A model generated the notes under the pieces. It did not search any database and was not told where the DNA came from. It was given only the letters and a program-made list of their open reading frames with translations. This document shows, piece by piece, positions 1 to 9,957 of a stretch of 64,000 nt of DNA (positions are counted from its first letter, which is position 1; every line of letters starts with the position of its first letter). A program made the translations under genes and the position numbers. Source of the stretch: Planctomycetota bacterium (GTDB taxonomy: Bacteria; Planctomycetota; JAJSAM01; JAJVHW01); NCBI GenBank assembly GCA_965248445.1, contig CBDFJG010000004.1, forward strand, positions 1,408,001-1,472,000, given 5' to 3'.

Positions 1-91
1 TGATGACTACCAGCGCGACGAGGATGGACCCGACCATCGCCGGCCGGTGGTGCCGCACGAACGTCCACGTCCAGCGCAGGACGCGGGTCAC
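1..91 (-). CDS. dppC: ABC transporter permease (DppC/OppC-like), 5' part only, runs off window
   Basis: GTG start overlaps the dppB stop (GTGA); reads MTRVLRWTWTFVRHHRPAMVGSILVALVVI; position in operon. Confidence 0.7.
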   Translation of the reverse strand, partial: MTRVLRWTWTFVRHHRPAMVGSILVALVVI

Positions 92-1155
92 GAACGGCTT
101 CCGGTCGCCCGGACCCGCGGGTCCAGGTAGGCATAGCTGACGTCGACGAGCAGGTTCACGATCACGAAGCCGACGGCGATGATCAGCACGCACGCCTGGA
201 GCGGCTTGATGTCGAGGTTCTTGATGGCATGGACGATGTAGGTGCCCATGCCGGGCCACTGGAAGATCGTCTCCGTGAGCACCGCACCGCCGAGCAGGTA
301 ACCCAACTGCGTGCCGACCGAGGTGACGATCGGGATCGCGGCGTTGCGCAGCGCGTGCTTCGTCACGACCGTGCGCGCGCGCAGACCCTTCGCGCGGGCC
401 GTCCGGATGTAGTCCTGGAGCAGCACCTCGCCGACCGATGCCCGCGTGATTCGCGCGATCACGGCCATCGGTACGCTCGACAGGATCACGGCGGGAAGGA
501 GCAGGTGCTTCGCGACGTGCTTGAAGACCTGCATGTCGCCCGCGACGAACAGCGTGTCCCAGAGGAAGAACCCCGTGGCACCCGGTGTCTCATGAACCCA
601 CTGCCCGAGACTGAACTCCGCCGGAGAGAACCTGCCGCCGAGGGGCAGCCCCTTCACGCCGAGCGACGTCGCCGCCGTCCCGCCCTCGCCGAACGTCTGC
701 ACCGCCAGGAACGCGAGCCAGAAGATGGGGAGCGAGACACCGGCCAGCGCGGTGATGAGACCGGCGACGTCCCACCAGCTGCGCGGGCGCAGTGACGTGA
801 GCACGCCGAGCGTGACGCCAAGTAGCGTCGCGAGGATCAGCGCGAGCACGCTCAGTTCGATCGTCGCGGGGAGGACACGCTTTAGTTCCTCCGAGACGAG
901 GTCGTTCGTGACGTGCGAGCGGCCCAGCTCACCCCGTGAGACCTCGCCGACGTAGCGCACGAACTGCTCGGGCAACGGATCGTTCAACCCCAGTTGCTCT
1001 CGCAGTTCGTGCGCGCCTTCGGCGGTGTACTGCTTGCCGAGAACAGCGGCGGCAGGATCACCGGGCAGCAAGTGGTGCAGCGCGAACGTCGCCGCCACGA
1101 CGACTGCCAGGAGGAGCGCCGACAACCCGAGGCGGCGGAGGATGTAGGCGAGCAT
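88..1155 (-). CDS. dppB: Dipeptide/oligopeptide ABC transporter permease
   Basis: PGDPA N-terminus, DYIRTARAKGL EAA motif, ETIFQWPGMG, C-terminal LDPRVR. Confidence 0.93.
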   Translation of the reverse strand: MLAYILRRLGLSALLLAVVVAATFALHHLLPGDPAAAVLGKQYTAEGAHELREQLGLNDPLPEQFVRYVGEVSRGELGRSHVTNDLVSEELKRVLPATIELSVLALILATLLGVTLGVLTSLRPRSWWDVAGLITALAGVSLPIFWLAFLAVQTFGEGGTAATSLGVKGLPLGGRFSPAEFSLGQWVHETPGATGFFLWDTLFVAGDMQVFKHVAKHLLLPAVILSSVPMAVIARITRASVGEVLLQDYIRTARAKGLRARTVVTKHALRNAAIPIVTSVGTQLGYLLGGAVLTETIFQWPGMGTYIVHAIKNLDIKPLQACVLIIAVGFVIVNLLVDVSYAYLDPRVRATGSRS

Positions 1156-1164
1156 GCGGGTGCG

Positions 1165-2808
1165 CTACTTCAGCGTCGCCTCGTCGAAGCGGTACTGCCC
1201 GAAGCCGTCGATGACGAACCCGGCGATGTTGTTCGAGACCGCTACCGCTTGCTTCGTGTTCACGAGCGGTACGTACCCACCGACCTCCGACTGCAGGAGC
1301 GCTTCGATCTCGCGGTAGGCGGCGACGCGCTGCGCGGCGTCGGTGAGTTGGCGCGCGGCTGCCAGCTTCTCGTGCACCACCGGATGCATGACGCGGCTGG
1401 TGTTCCCCGACGCCACCTTGCCGTCTGCGCCGTCGGTCAGCGGACCGTAGAAGTTGTCGGGGTCGCCGTTGTCGGTCATCCACCCGATGAGGATCAGCTC
1501 GTACTGGCCCGTCTCCACGCCCGGGAACAGCTTGTTCTTGTCCTCGCCCTGGATGCGCGCGTCGAGCCCTGCTTCGCGTAGCTGCTGCCGCACTGTGTCG
1601 GCGATGTCCTGCGGCCGCGGCAGGTAGGGACGCGCCTGGAGCGGGTAGTAGATCGTGACCTGATGCCCCTCGAGGCCGGCGTCCTGGATCATCTTCTTGG
1701 CGGCCGCCTGTCGCTTCGACGTGTCGTCGTCCCAGCCGTCGACGCGCAGGTCGGGGTCGTACTCGGCCATCGGCTGAGCCACGATGCTGTACGTCGGCCG
1801 CGCAGTGCCCTCGTAGTGCTCGATGATCCCGGCGCGGTCGATCGAGAGCTGGATCGCCTTGCGCACTACCGGGTTGCGCGTCGCGTCGTGGTCCGCGTTC
1901 ACGCCGAGATAGCAGAGGTTCAGCGCCCACCAGTCGATCAGGTCCATCGCATCGGATGCCTCGACCGTCGGCCAGTGCTGGCGGGGCACGTCGTCGACGA
2001 TGAAGTAGCCGCCTGACTTCGTGAGGTACTCGGTACGCGTGCTCTCGTCGGCGACCGGCTTGAAGATCACGGTCTTCACTGCGGGGGCGCCGCCCCAGTG
2101 TTCGTCGTACGCGACCAGTCGCGTGATCTTGGCTGCCGGGTCGAACGCATCGACGCGGTAGGGCCCCGTCCCCGCGGCGTTCTGCGTGACGTAGCTCGAT
2201 GCAGCATCCGCAGCCATGCCGCGCGTCGCCTCGAGGACGGTCGGGCTGACGATGCACGCGCAGAACATCGAGAGGTTGCGGATGGCGACGCGCGCGATGG
2301 GGGCCTCGAGCCGCATCACGAGGGTGTGCCCGTCGGCCTCGTAGGCGGAGACGCCGGCGAACTCACTCGAGTAGGGCGCCTGCTGCAGGTCGAAGCCCTC
2401 TTCGCGCAGCCGGTCGAGACTCAACTTGGCGGCAGCCGCGTCGAACGGCGTCCCGTCGTGGAACGTCACGCCCTTGCGGAGCTGGAACGTGATCGAGAGG
2501 CCGTCCGGTGCGACCGCCCACGACTCGGCGAGGACACCCTCCAGCACATTGACGTCGTTCGCGTCCGGGCGCACCAGCGTCTCGTAGATCTGCCGGATCA
2601 CCTTGGCGTTCCCGCCGTCCTGCGTCTCGTGGGGGTCGAGCACCTTCGCGTCGTCGGCCGTGATGACCGTGATCAGCTTGGAGGTGTCGACCCGGCCGAT
2701 CCCGCCGTTCCCGCTGCCCGACGGGTCGTCGCCGTTGCAGCCGGGCAGAGCGAGGCCGACGGCGATTGTCAGCGTCGTCGCGATGATCCAAGAGCACAGT
2801 CGGCGCAT
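1165..2808 (-). CDS. dppA: Peptide ABC transporter substrate-binding lipoprotein (family 5)
   Basis: LDP..., LRKGVTFHDGTPFDA, GTGPY motifs; lipobox LPGC; ATG at 2808 preceded by AGGAGG. Confidence 0.92.
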   Translation of the reverse strand: MRRLCSWIIATTLTIAVGLALPGCNGDDPSGSGNGGIGRVDTSKLITVITADDAKVLDPHETQDGGNAKVIRQIYETLVRPDANDVNVLEGVLAESWAVAPDGLSITFQLRKGVTFHDGTPFDAAAAKLSLDRLREEGFDLQQAPYSSEFAGVSAYEADGHTLVMRLEAPIARVAIRNLSMFCACIVSPTVLEATRGMAADAASSYVTQNAAGTGPYRVDAFDPAAKITRLVAYDEHWGGAPAVKTVIFKPVADESTRTEYLTKSGGYFIVDDVPRQHWPTVEASDAMDLIDWWALNLCYLGVNADHDATRNPVVRKAIQLSIDRAGIIEHYEGTARPTYSIVAQPMAEYDPDLRVDGWDDDTSKRQAAAKKMIQDAGLEGHQVTIYYPLQARPYLPRPQDIADTVRQQLREAGLDARIQGEDKNKLFPGVETGQYELILIGWMTDNGDPDNFYGPLTDGADGKVASGNTSRVMHPVVHEKLAAARQLTDAAQRVAAYREIEALLQSEVGGYVPLVNTKQAVAVSNNIAGFVIDGFGQYRFDEATLK

Positions 2809-2904
2809 GCTTTCCTCCTGCTGCCGCACGGCAGACGGGCGATCGTATCGGGGCGGCGTCCGGACTCCGCATGCGCGTCCGTGCCTCGGTGAGATCTCGC
2901 GGGC

Positions 2905-3414
2905 TCAGATCTCCTTGGGGCGCACGAGATCCACGAGGTTCGGACCGCCCTCCGAGAGGCCGCTCCACGGACCGGTGAACCGAAACCAGGCCAGCGCGGC
3001 AGTCACCATCAGCTTGCCGTTGGCGGCGCGGGGCGGGGCGAAGCCCGTCAGCCACGTCACGAGTTCGTCCATCCCGGGGTTGTGGCCCACGAGGAGAACG
3101 CGCTCGGCGGCGGCCGGGGCGTTGCGGAGCGAGCCGGTCAGAATCCCCAGACCTCCCAGGTAGAGGCCGTCGGAGGAGTCGACGCTGGGCCGGACGCCCA
3201 GGGTCTCGAGGACCCGCGCGGTGGTCTCCGTGGTGCGGACCGCGGCCGAGTGGAGGATGTGGTCCGGGAACAGGCTGCGCTCGCCCAGCCATTGCGCGAT
3301 GCGCTCGCAGTCGCGACGGCCGCGCTTGGACAACGGACGTGCGAAGTCCGAGTCGGCTCCGGCATCCCAATCCGACTTCGCGTGCCGCATGACGAGCAGC
3401 TCGCGCACGGCCAT
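2905..3414 (-). CDS. sixA: Phosphohistidine phosphatase SixA
   Basis: RHAKSDW, D..RPL..RG, LLVGHNPG motifs. Confidence 0.88.
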   Translation of the reverse strand: MAVRELLVMRHAKSDWDAGADSDFARPLSKRGRRDCERIAQWLGERSLFPDHILHSAAVRTTETTARVLETLGVRPSVDSSDGLYLGGLGILTGSLRNAPAAAERVLLVGHNPGMDELVTWLTGFAPPRAANGKLMVTAALAWFRFTGPWSGLSEGGPNLVDLVRPKEI

Positions 3415-4766
3415 CAGTCGCCGCCCTTCAACTGGTTGAGCGTCTTGCGGTCGCGGCGCCGGAAGTGGAACACCACCGGGACCTCCCGAACGGGGTACCT
3501 ATCGCGGAACCGGTTCGTTAGGTAGCGGCGGTAGGCCGGATCGAACAGGTCGGGGTCGTTCACGAACAGTGCGAAGGTCGGCGGCTGCGTGCCGACCTGC
3601 GTGGAGTAGTAGATGCGCGGTCGTCGGGAGGATCGGATGCGGGGCGACCGGTACTCCAGCGCGTCGTTCAGGAAGCGGTTGAGCTCGCCGGTGCTCAGAG
3701 TGAAGTCCCCCTGCGCGTACAGCTCCTTGGAGACGTTCAGCATCTTCTGGACGTTCATTCGGTCCTTGGCGGAGATGAACGCCAGCGGTGCCCGCACGAG
3801 GTGGGGCAGCGTGCCGCGGAAGTAGTCGTCGAAGTCGCCCGTCGTCGTGTCCTCGACGAGATCCCACTTGTTCGCGACGAGGAGGCATGGCTTGCCCGCC
3901 TCGTCGATCGCGTCGGCCAGCCGTTTCTCGAGACCCGCGATCTTGCGTGTCACGTCGAGCAGCAGGATCACCACGTCGCAGTAGCGGATCGCGCGCATCG
4001 CCCGGTGCTCTCCGTACCACTGGATCGGGTCGCCGCCGTCGCCGCCGCGGCGGGCGAAGCCGGCGGTGTCGATCAGCACCCATGTCTCGCCGTCGCGCTC
4101 GATCCACACGTCGATCGCGTCCCGCGTGGTCCCCGGCTTCTCCGAGACGATCACGCGGTCGCCGCCGGCGAGTGCGTTCACGAGTGTGCTCTTCCCGGCG
4201 TTCCGTCGCCCCACGATCGCGACCTTCAGATGCGCCGTGGGCTGCTCCGTGTCGTCCTCTTCCTCCTCGGGCGGCAGCAGTTCGACCGCGGCGGAGAGCA
4301 CGTCCGAGACGTGCTCCCGGTTCTGCGCGGACAGTTCGATGGGGGCGCCGAAGCCCAGACGCCGGAACTCGTCGATCTCTGCGCGGATCCGGTCGGACTC
4401 CGACTTGTTCGCCGCGAACACGAGTGGCTTCTCGAGACGGCGCAGCCGCCGCGCGATGTCCTTGTCCAGCGGTGTGACGCCGGCCCGCGCATCGACCACG
4501 AAGATGAGGACGTCCGCCGCGTCGATCGCGAACTGGATCTGCCGCTCCACGTCCTCGTCCAGCTCCTGGAGGTCCACGATGCCGATCCCGCCGGTGTCGA
4601 TCAGCTCGAACGCGCGGTCGTCATGGGTCAGGAAGATCCCGACGCGGTCGCGCGTGACGCCCTCCAGGTCGTCCACGACCGAGACTCGCCGGCCCGCCGC
4701 TGCGTTCAGCAGCGTGCTCTTGCCCACGTTCGGGCGGCCGATGATGGCGATGGCCGGGAGCTGCAT
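3414..4766 (-). CDS. der: Ribosome biogenesis GTPase Der (EngA)
   Basis: Two tandem G domains (GRPNVGKS/DTGG/NKSE and GRRNAGKS/DTAG/NKWD) plus KH-like C-terminus (PPTF, YRRYL). Confidence 0.97.
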   Translation of the reverse strand: MQLPAIAIIGRPNVGKSTLLNAAAGRRVSVVDDLEGVTRDRVGIFLTHDDRAFELIDTGGIGIVDLQELDEDVERQIQFAIDAADVLIFVVDARAGVTPLDKDIARRLRRLEKPLVFAANKSESDRIRAEIDEFRRLGFGAPIELSAQNREHVSDVLSAAVELLPPEEEEDDTEQPTAHLKVAIVGRRNAGKSTLVNALAGGDRVIVSEKPGTTRDAIDVWIERDGETWVLIDTAGFARRGGDGGDPIQWYGEHRAMRAIRYCDVVILLLDVTRKIAGLEKRLADAIDEAGKPCLLVANKWDLVEDTTTGDFDDYFRGTLPHLVRAPLAFISAKDRMNVQKMLNVSKELYAQGDFTLSTGELNRFLNDALEYRSPRIRSSRRPRIYYSTQVGTQPPTFALFVNDPDLFDPAYRRYLTNRFRDRYPVREVPVVFHFRRRDRKTLNQLKGGD

Positions 4767-4864
4767 CCCGGGAGGATACGCATGCGCAGGTGGGGCGCGA
4801 CCTCACCCGGGGGGAACGGACGAAAAGACCCTTCAGTGACCTTGTGGCGGCTAGGCTCTCGGCC

Positions 4865-5392
4865 ATGCGATGTCTCCACAGCCCCAGTTTCCAGAGCCCC
4901 AGTTTCCAGAGCCTCTGTGTCGCGGCCCTCGTCCTCGTTGCCGCGCCGGCCCTGACAGCCTGCGAGACGTCGAACCTGCCGTTCACCTCCAATCCCGACT
5001 CGGCGGAGCCGGCGCCTGAGCAGTACACGATCAGCCAACCGATCCGGACGGAGAGCTTCGAGATGCTCTGGGAACGGGCACGCTTGCGCCTCGGTGCGTC
5101 GGGCTACCGCATCGACGAGTCGCGCACGCGTCGCGACGAGCGCAGGATGGTCAGCGTCTGGAAGACCCTCCTGGCGCCGTCCCGCTACAAGGGGCGGCGG
5201 TTCCGTATGTGGGTGGAGTTCGACGAGGCCGGTGAACACACGTATCGCGCCGGCGTGGCGTCGCAGACGCAGCGGAACACCGAGCACTCCGACACGCTGA
5301 ACGAGTACGCCGCCGACTGGGAGGAAGACCCCGAAGCGGACGACACCCGCGCGCGCGTCCTGGCGTACCAACTCGAGCAGGACTTCAAGTAG
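4865..5392 (+). CDS. Hypothetical lipoprotein
   Basis: Hydrophobic signal with lipobox LTAC; ATG at 4865 preceded by TAGGCT-N7. Confidence 0.7.
   Translation: MRCLHSPSFQSPSFQSLCVAALVLVAAPALTACETSNLPFTSNPDSAEPAPEQYTISQPIRTESFEMLWERARLRLGASGYRIDESRTRRDERRMVSVWKTLLAPSRYKGRRFRMWVEFDEAGEHTYRAGVASQTQRNTEHSDTLNEYAADWEEDPEADDTRARVLAYQLEQDFK
4880..4913. repeat. 15-bp tandem duplication (AGCCCCAGTTTCCAG x2) encoding SPSFQ SPSFQ in the signal peptide
   Basis: Read directly from sequence. Confidence 0.85.
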
Positions 5393-5395
5393 CCG

Positions 5396-6454
5396 CTACT
5401 CCGCGTCCTTCTCGTCGTGCTCTTCGATCGCGGGGTCGTCGTTGCCGACTTCGACGTGCCCGTCCTCGATGTTGTTGTCCGTCTCCATCGTCTCGTCGAG
5501 CTCCGTGCCGTCGATCTCGTAGCCGTTGAACGTCACCATGACCGGGTCGACGGAGAATGGCGTGTTCATCGTGATCGACTTGAGCAGCGGCGCGCGGCCC
5601 TCGATCTCGTAGTACTCGTACGCGCCCATGATGTCGCCCATCAGCGTCAGCATGCTGAGCTGCGTGAGGATGTTGCGGTCGCCGACCTTCTCGTAGCCGT
5701 ACGTCGTCTCGATCTCCGCGCCCGCCATCATGGCTTGTGCGGGGTCGGTCGGATCGACCTTGGCGACGAACACGCGGCGCTCGATGAGACCGCCGTCGTC
5801 GAAGTAGAACGTCTGCTGCTCGACCATCGCGTCTTCGGCGAATGGTGTCATCTCGACGACGTCCAGGCCGTCTTCCGAGCGGTGTTCGCAGTGGTAGTCC
5901 AGCGCGTACGCGTTCGGCGACTCGAACACGGGCGAGAGGATCTCGGCAGCCCACCCGCCGAAGATCTTGGTCGCCATCTTGAGTTGCTCCGGCGGCATCA
6001 TCTCGGCGAGCGCCGCGGACGGCTTCCACTCCAGCTCGAGGCCGTTCTCGACGGACCACGTCGGCTGCACCTCGAGATCACCGGGGATGCCGAACGACGA
6101 GAGGTTCGCCGCCGCGGACGCCGACATCTTGTCCTTCACCGAGTGCTGGGGCAGGTGGAGCGCTTCGCCCAACCGCTTGAAGGCGTTCTCGGCGTCCTCC
6201 GATGTGCGCCGCACCGTCGGATCGGGCACTTCTTCGGGGACCTGCTCCGGCACCTCTTCCGGCGGCTCGGGCTTCTCCACGACCGGTGCGGGCGGCGGCG
6301 CCGGTGGCGGTGAGGGCGGCGCAACCGGATCCGGGACCTCCTCCGGGATCTCCGCGGGTGCCGGTGGCGGGGTGGTCGGCTTCTCTCCGTCGCACGCGGC
6401 GAGCGGGAGTGCGAGTGCCAGCGCGAACGGAACGGCCAGTCTGATCAGACGCAT
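5396..6454 (-). CDS. Hypothetical lipoprotein with Pro/Glu-rich linker and acidic beta-rich C-terminal domain
   Basis: Lipobox LAAC; PPPAP linker; GGAG upstream. Confidence 0.75.
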   Translation of the reverse strand: MRLIRLAVPFALALALPLAACDGEKPTTPPPAPAEIPEEVPDPVAPPSPPPAPPPAPVVEKPEPPEEVPEQVPEEVPDPTVRRTSEDAENAFKRLGEALHLPQHSVKDKMSASAAANLSSFGIPGDLEVQPTWSVENGLELEWKPSAALAEMMPPEQLKMATKIFGGWAAEILSPVFESPNAYALDYHCEHRSEDGLDVVEMTPFAEDAMVEQQTFYFDDGGLIERRVFVAKVDPTDPAQAMMAGAEIETTYGYEKVGDRNILTQLSMLTLMGDIMGAYEYYEIEGRAPLLKSITMNTPFSVDPVMVTFNGYEIDGTELDETMETDNNIEDGHVEVGNDDPAIEEHDEKDAE

Positions 6455-6544
6455 CGAGTCGTTTCTCCGATGGATGGGTGCCGCCAGATTGTAGGGGCCC
6501 GGGTGATCCGTCGAGGTTCGCCCGACCCTGCGTAGCCTCAGCGC

Positions 6545-7294
6545 ATGTCACAGGCGCCGCCGCCGCTGCTCTCGATCGTGACGGTCACGTGGAACGCGGC
6601 GCCGTACGTGAGGCGGTTCTACGACTCGATCGCCCGCCACACGAGCGAGCCCTACGAACTGATCGTGGTGGACAACGACTCCGGCGAGGAGACGCGCACG
6701 CTGAACGCGGAGCGGGCCGCGGCCGGCGAGGCGCGGCTCATCCAGAACACGGAGAACAGGCTCTGGGCACCCGCCTCGGTGCAGGGATTGCGGGAGATCG
6801 ATCCGCGGTCGCGATACGTGCTCCTCATCAATCCGGACTGCGAGATCCTCAGGGACGATTGGGTCACGCGGCTCGCGGCCGTGATTGCGGCCGATCCGCG
6901 GGTGGGCGTGACGGGAATCGCGCTCAACTGGAAGCGCATCGGCCCGGTGCTCGGCTGCGTGGACGGGTCGGTGTTCTTCATGCGCCGCGAGGCGTTCGAC
7001 GCGGTCGGTCTCCTGGATGCCGAGCGCTACCCATGGAACGGGGCGCCGTACGACTGGTGCGCGCGGGCGTGGGCCGCCGGCTGGACGTACCGGCGGTGCG
7101 CGAACGACCCGCCGTTCCTCGTGCACCATGGGCACAAGAGCGTCGACGTCTCGGGGCAGGAGCACCCCTGGCGCCGCGTCGACGTCGCGGACATGTACCG
7201 CCGTGCGGGTCTCGTCGCGACGCGTCCGCACCGCTTCACGATCTGGCTGCGAAGGAAGCTCGGCCGGCGATTCTTCTTCGATCCTCTTCCCTGA
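6545..7294 (+). CDS. Glycosyltransferase family 2
   Basis: [21 protein letters not shown] motifs. Confidence 0.88.
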   Translation: MSQAPPPLLSIVTVTWNAAPYVRRFYDSIARHTSEPYELIVVDNDSGEETRTLNAERAAAGEARLIQNTENRLWAPASVQGLREIDPRSRYVLLINPDCEILRDDWVTRLAAVIAADPRVGVTGIALNWKRIGPVLGCVDGSVFFMRREAFDAVGLLDAERYPWNGAPYDWCARAWAAGWTYRRCANDPPFLVHHGHKSVDVSGQEHPWRRVDVADMYRRAGLVATRPHRFTIWLRRKLGRRFFFDPLP

Positions 7295-7314
7295 CCCGCC
7301 GTAGCGTCGCACGC

Positions 7315-7854
7315 ATGGATCGACCGGGATTTGTGCTGTGGTTCACGGGGTTGTCGGGCGCCGGCAAGAGCACCATCTGTGAGGCGGTGGCCGAGGAACT
7401 CGAGCGCCGCGGCCGAGGGTTCGAAGTTCTGGACGGCGATGTGGTCCGCACGCACCTGTCCAAGGGCCTCGGCTTCACGCGTGAAGACCGCGACATCAAC
7501 GTGCGGCGCATCGGCTGGGTGGCGCAGACGCTCGCCAGGCACGGTGCCGTCGTGGTCGTCGCCGCGATCTCGCCCTACCGCGCCATCCGCGACGAGGTCC
7601 GCCGCGGCACCGACCGATTCGTCGAGGTGTACGTGAAGGTCCCGCTGTCCGTGGCCGAGGAGCGCGATGTGAAGGGCCTGTATCGACGCGCTCGGGCCGG
7701 CGAGATCCCGAACTTCACGGGCATCGACGATCCGTACGAGCCGCCGGACGCTCCCGAGGTGATCTGCGAGACGAGTTCCGAGAGCGTCGCGGAGAGTGCT
7801 CAGCGGGTGCTCGCGGCCTGCGAGGCGCTGGGGTACCTGGCGCCCGGTGAGTGA
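7315..7854 (+). CDS. cysC: Adenylyl-sulfate kinase
   Basis: [40 protein letters not shown]. Confidence 0.97.
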   Translation: MDRPGFVLWFTGLSGAGKSTICEAVAEELERRGRGFEVLDGDVVRTHLSKGLGFTREDRDINVRRIGWVAQTLARHGAVVVVAAISPYRAIRDEVRRGTDRFVEVYVKVPLSVAEERDVKGLYRRARAGEIPNFTGIDDPYEPPDAPEVICETSSESVAESAQRVLAACEALGYLAPGE

Positions 7855-7900
7855 GCGCAGTGAGTGAGCGCGGCGAGGTGCGCGCCGTGAGGGGAGCGCG

Positions 7901-9034
7901 GTGACCGAATCGAGAGGGGTGACGCCGCCGCTCTCGTTGCTCGTCGTCAATCCGATGGGCGGCGAGGGTTGGGGCGGCGTCGAACGCTGGCTCGTCGACC
8001 TGTGCCGCGGACTGCGCGAGCGCGGCCACGCGGTCACGATGGCCGGGCGGCCGGACAGCGCCTGGATCCTGCGCACCGCTGAGAGCGGCTTCGACACGAT
8101 CACCGTTCCGCTGCGTTCGGATTTCCACCTCGGTCAGGCCAGGAAGCTGTCGCAGGCGATCAAGGAGCGCGGCATCGACGTCATCGCCACGAAGCTGCAC
8201 CGCGGCATCCGGGCCTCGGGGTTTGCGGCGAAGTTCGCCGGGTCTCCGCCCGTCGTCGCGTTCATGGGACTCGTCGAGGCGAAGCCTGGGCTGCGCTACC
8301 GAATGACCTACGACATGTTCCTGGACGGGGTTGTGACGCTCACCGAGGACATGCGGCAGAAGATCGTCGCGGCTGGAGCGCTCGACGCGGACACCGTGCG
8401 CGCCATCCCGTACGGGGTGATCGTCGACGACTATCGCGTGCCGGACGGGACAGGTGCGGCCGTGCGCGACGAACTCGGCCTGCCGGCGGATGCGCCGGTC
8501 GCGCTCGCGATCGGCCGCCTGAACGAACAGAAGCGATACGACTTGCTGCTCGAGGCGTTCTGCGAGGTGCGGAAACGCCTTCCCAAAGCGCGCCTCGTGA
8601 TCGCGGGCACGGGCTCGTTGATGCAAGCGCTCGTCGCGAAGCGGGACGGGCTCGGACTGGGCGGAGCAGCGGATCTGATCGGGTTCCGGCGCGACGTTGC
8701 TCAGCTGCTCGCTGCCGCCGACACGATGGTGATGAGTTCCGACATCGAGGGACTCCCGATGGTGATCCTCGAAGCCATGGCGTCGGCTCGCCCGGTCGTC
8801 GCCACCACCGTCGGGTCCATCGCGGAGCAGGTCGTTCCCGGCGAGACGGGTGAGCTCCTGCCGCGCCGCGACGTCCCGGCGCTCACCGACGCGCTCACGC
8901 GGATGCTGTCGGACCGGGGGCGTGCCGCTGCGATGGGGCAGGCCGCACGACGGCGCGTGGAGCAGATCTACCCGCTGGACCTCTGCGTGCGGCGCACCGA
9001 GGCGTACCTGGCTTCGCTCCGCCGCGGATCATGA
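7901..9034 (+). CDS. Glycosyltransferase family 4
   Basis: GGVE N-terminus, IGRL..QK, EGLPMVILEAMA (EX7E). Confidence 0.92.
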   Translation: MTESRGVTPPLSLLVVNPMGGEGWGGVERWLVDLCRGLRERGHAVTMAGRPDSAWILRTAESGFDTITVPLRSDFHLGQARKLSQAIKERGIDVIATKLHRGIRASGFAAKFAGSPPVVAFMGLVEAKPGLRYRMTYDMFLDGVVTLTEDMRQKIVAAGALDADTVRAIPYGVIVDDYRVPDGTGAAVRDELGLPADAPVALAIGRLNEQKRYDLLLEAFCEVRKRLPKARLVIAGTGSLMQALVAKRDGLGLGGAADLIGFRRDVAQLLAAADTMVMSSDIEGLPMVILEAMASARPVVATTVGSIAEQVVPGETGELLPRRDVPALTDALTRMLSDRGRAAAMGQAARRRVEQIYPLDLCVRRTEAYLASLRRGS

Positions 9035-9041
9035 AGCCTCT

Positions 9042-9919
9042 CTAGGCGATCCGCCGCTCGCGCCCACGGGCGAGCAGCGCATCCAGCCACGCATCGGGTA
9101 CGCGCATGCGACCGCGTCCGCGACCCACGCGGACACCGGGCTTGAACGTGCCGTGGAAGTCCGAGCCGCCGGAGGGGAGCAGACCCGCCTCATCGGCGAC
9201 CGCGCGCCAGTAGCGCTCCGACTTTCGGTTGTACGTTCCGTAGCGCACCTCGATCGCATCGAGACCCTGCTCGACTCGCTCGGCCAGCCACTCGCGCTGG
9301 CGCTGCTCGTCCTCGGGCAGCCCGGGCGCCCTGAATCCGAGGGTGAACGGATGGCAGAGCACCGTCGCGCCACCCGATCGGCGCGCGGCGAGCACCGCGT
9401 CCTCGAACGACACGCGCTCCCGTTCGACGTACGCCGGAGCGCCGCGGCCCAGATACCGGTCGAACGCGTCCTGCATGTTGCCGGCCGCACCCTTCCGGAC
9501 CAGCACGCGGGCGATGTGCGGCCGCGCCACCATGTTGCCGGGGCCGCCGGCCTCGGCCTGCACTTCGTCGTGTTCGATCTCGACGCCGAGGTCGCGGAGC
9601 TTCTCGAGTATCCCGGCGTTGCGCGGACCGCGTGCATCCCGTAGCCGCGCGGCGACGTCGAGCAGTTCCGGACACTCGGGATCACCCCCGAGCACGATCA
9701 GATGGAACCCGCCGTCGTGGGGCAGCGACAGTTCGACGCCCGCAACAACGCGTACGCCCAGCGCCTCGCCGGCGGCCTGCGCTTCATGCACACACCTTCC
9801 AGCGTGTCGTGATCGGTCAGCGCCAGCGATGCCAATCCCTCACGCTGCGCGAGCTCGACCACCTCGGTCGGCGAGCACGACCCGTCGGAGCACGCCGAGT
9901 GCGTGTGAAGATCGCAGAC
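9042..9919 (-). pseudogene. PHP-domain phosphoesterase (TrpH/YciV-like), frameshifted near 9789-9796; start codon unclear
   Basis: DLHTHS..SDG..SP and LALTDHDT in one frame; GVELS, RPHIA, GGSDFHG in another; junction GGTGTGTGCAT has an extra GT. Confidence 0.8.
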
Positions 9920-9957
9920 CGGTGGGCGGGGAGGAGTAGGGATGAGGGAGTTCGCTC

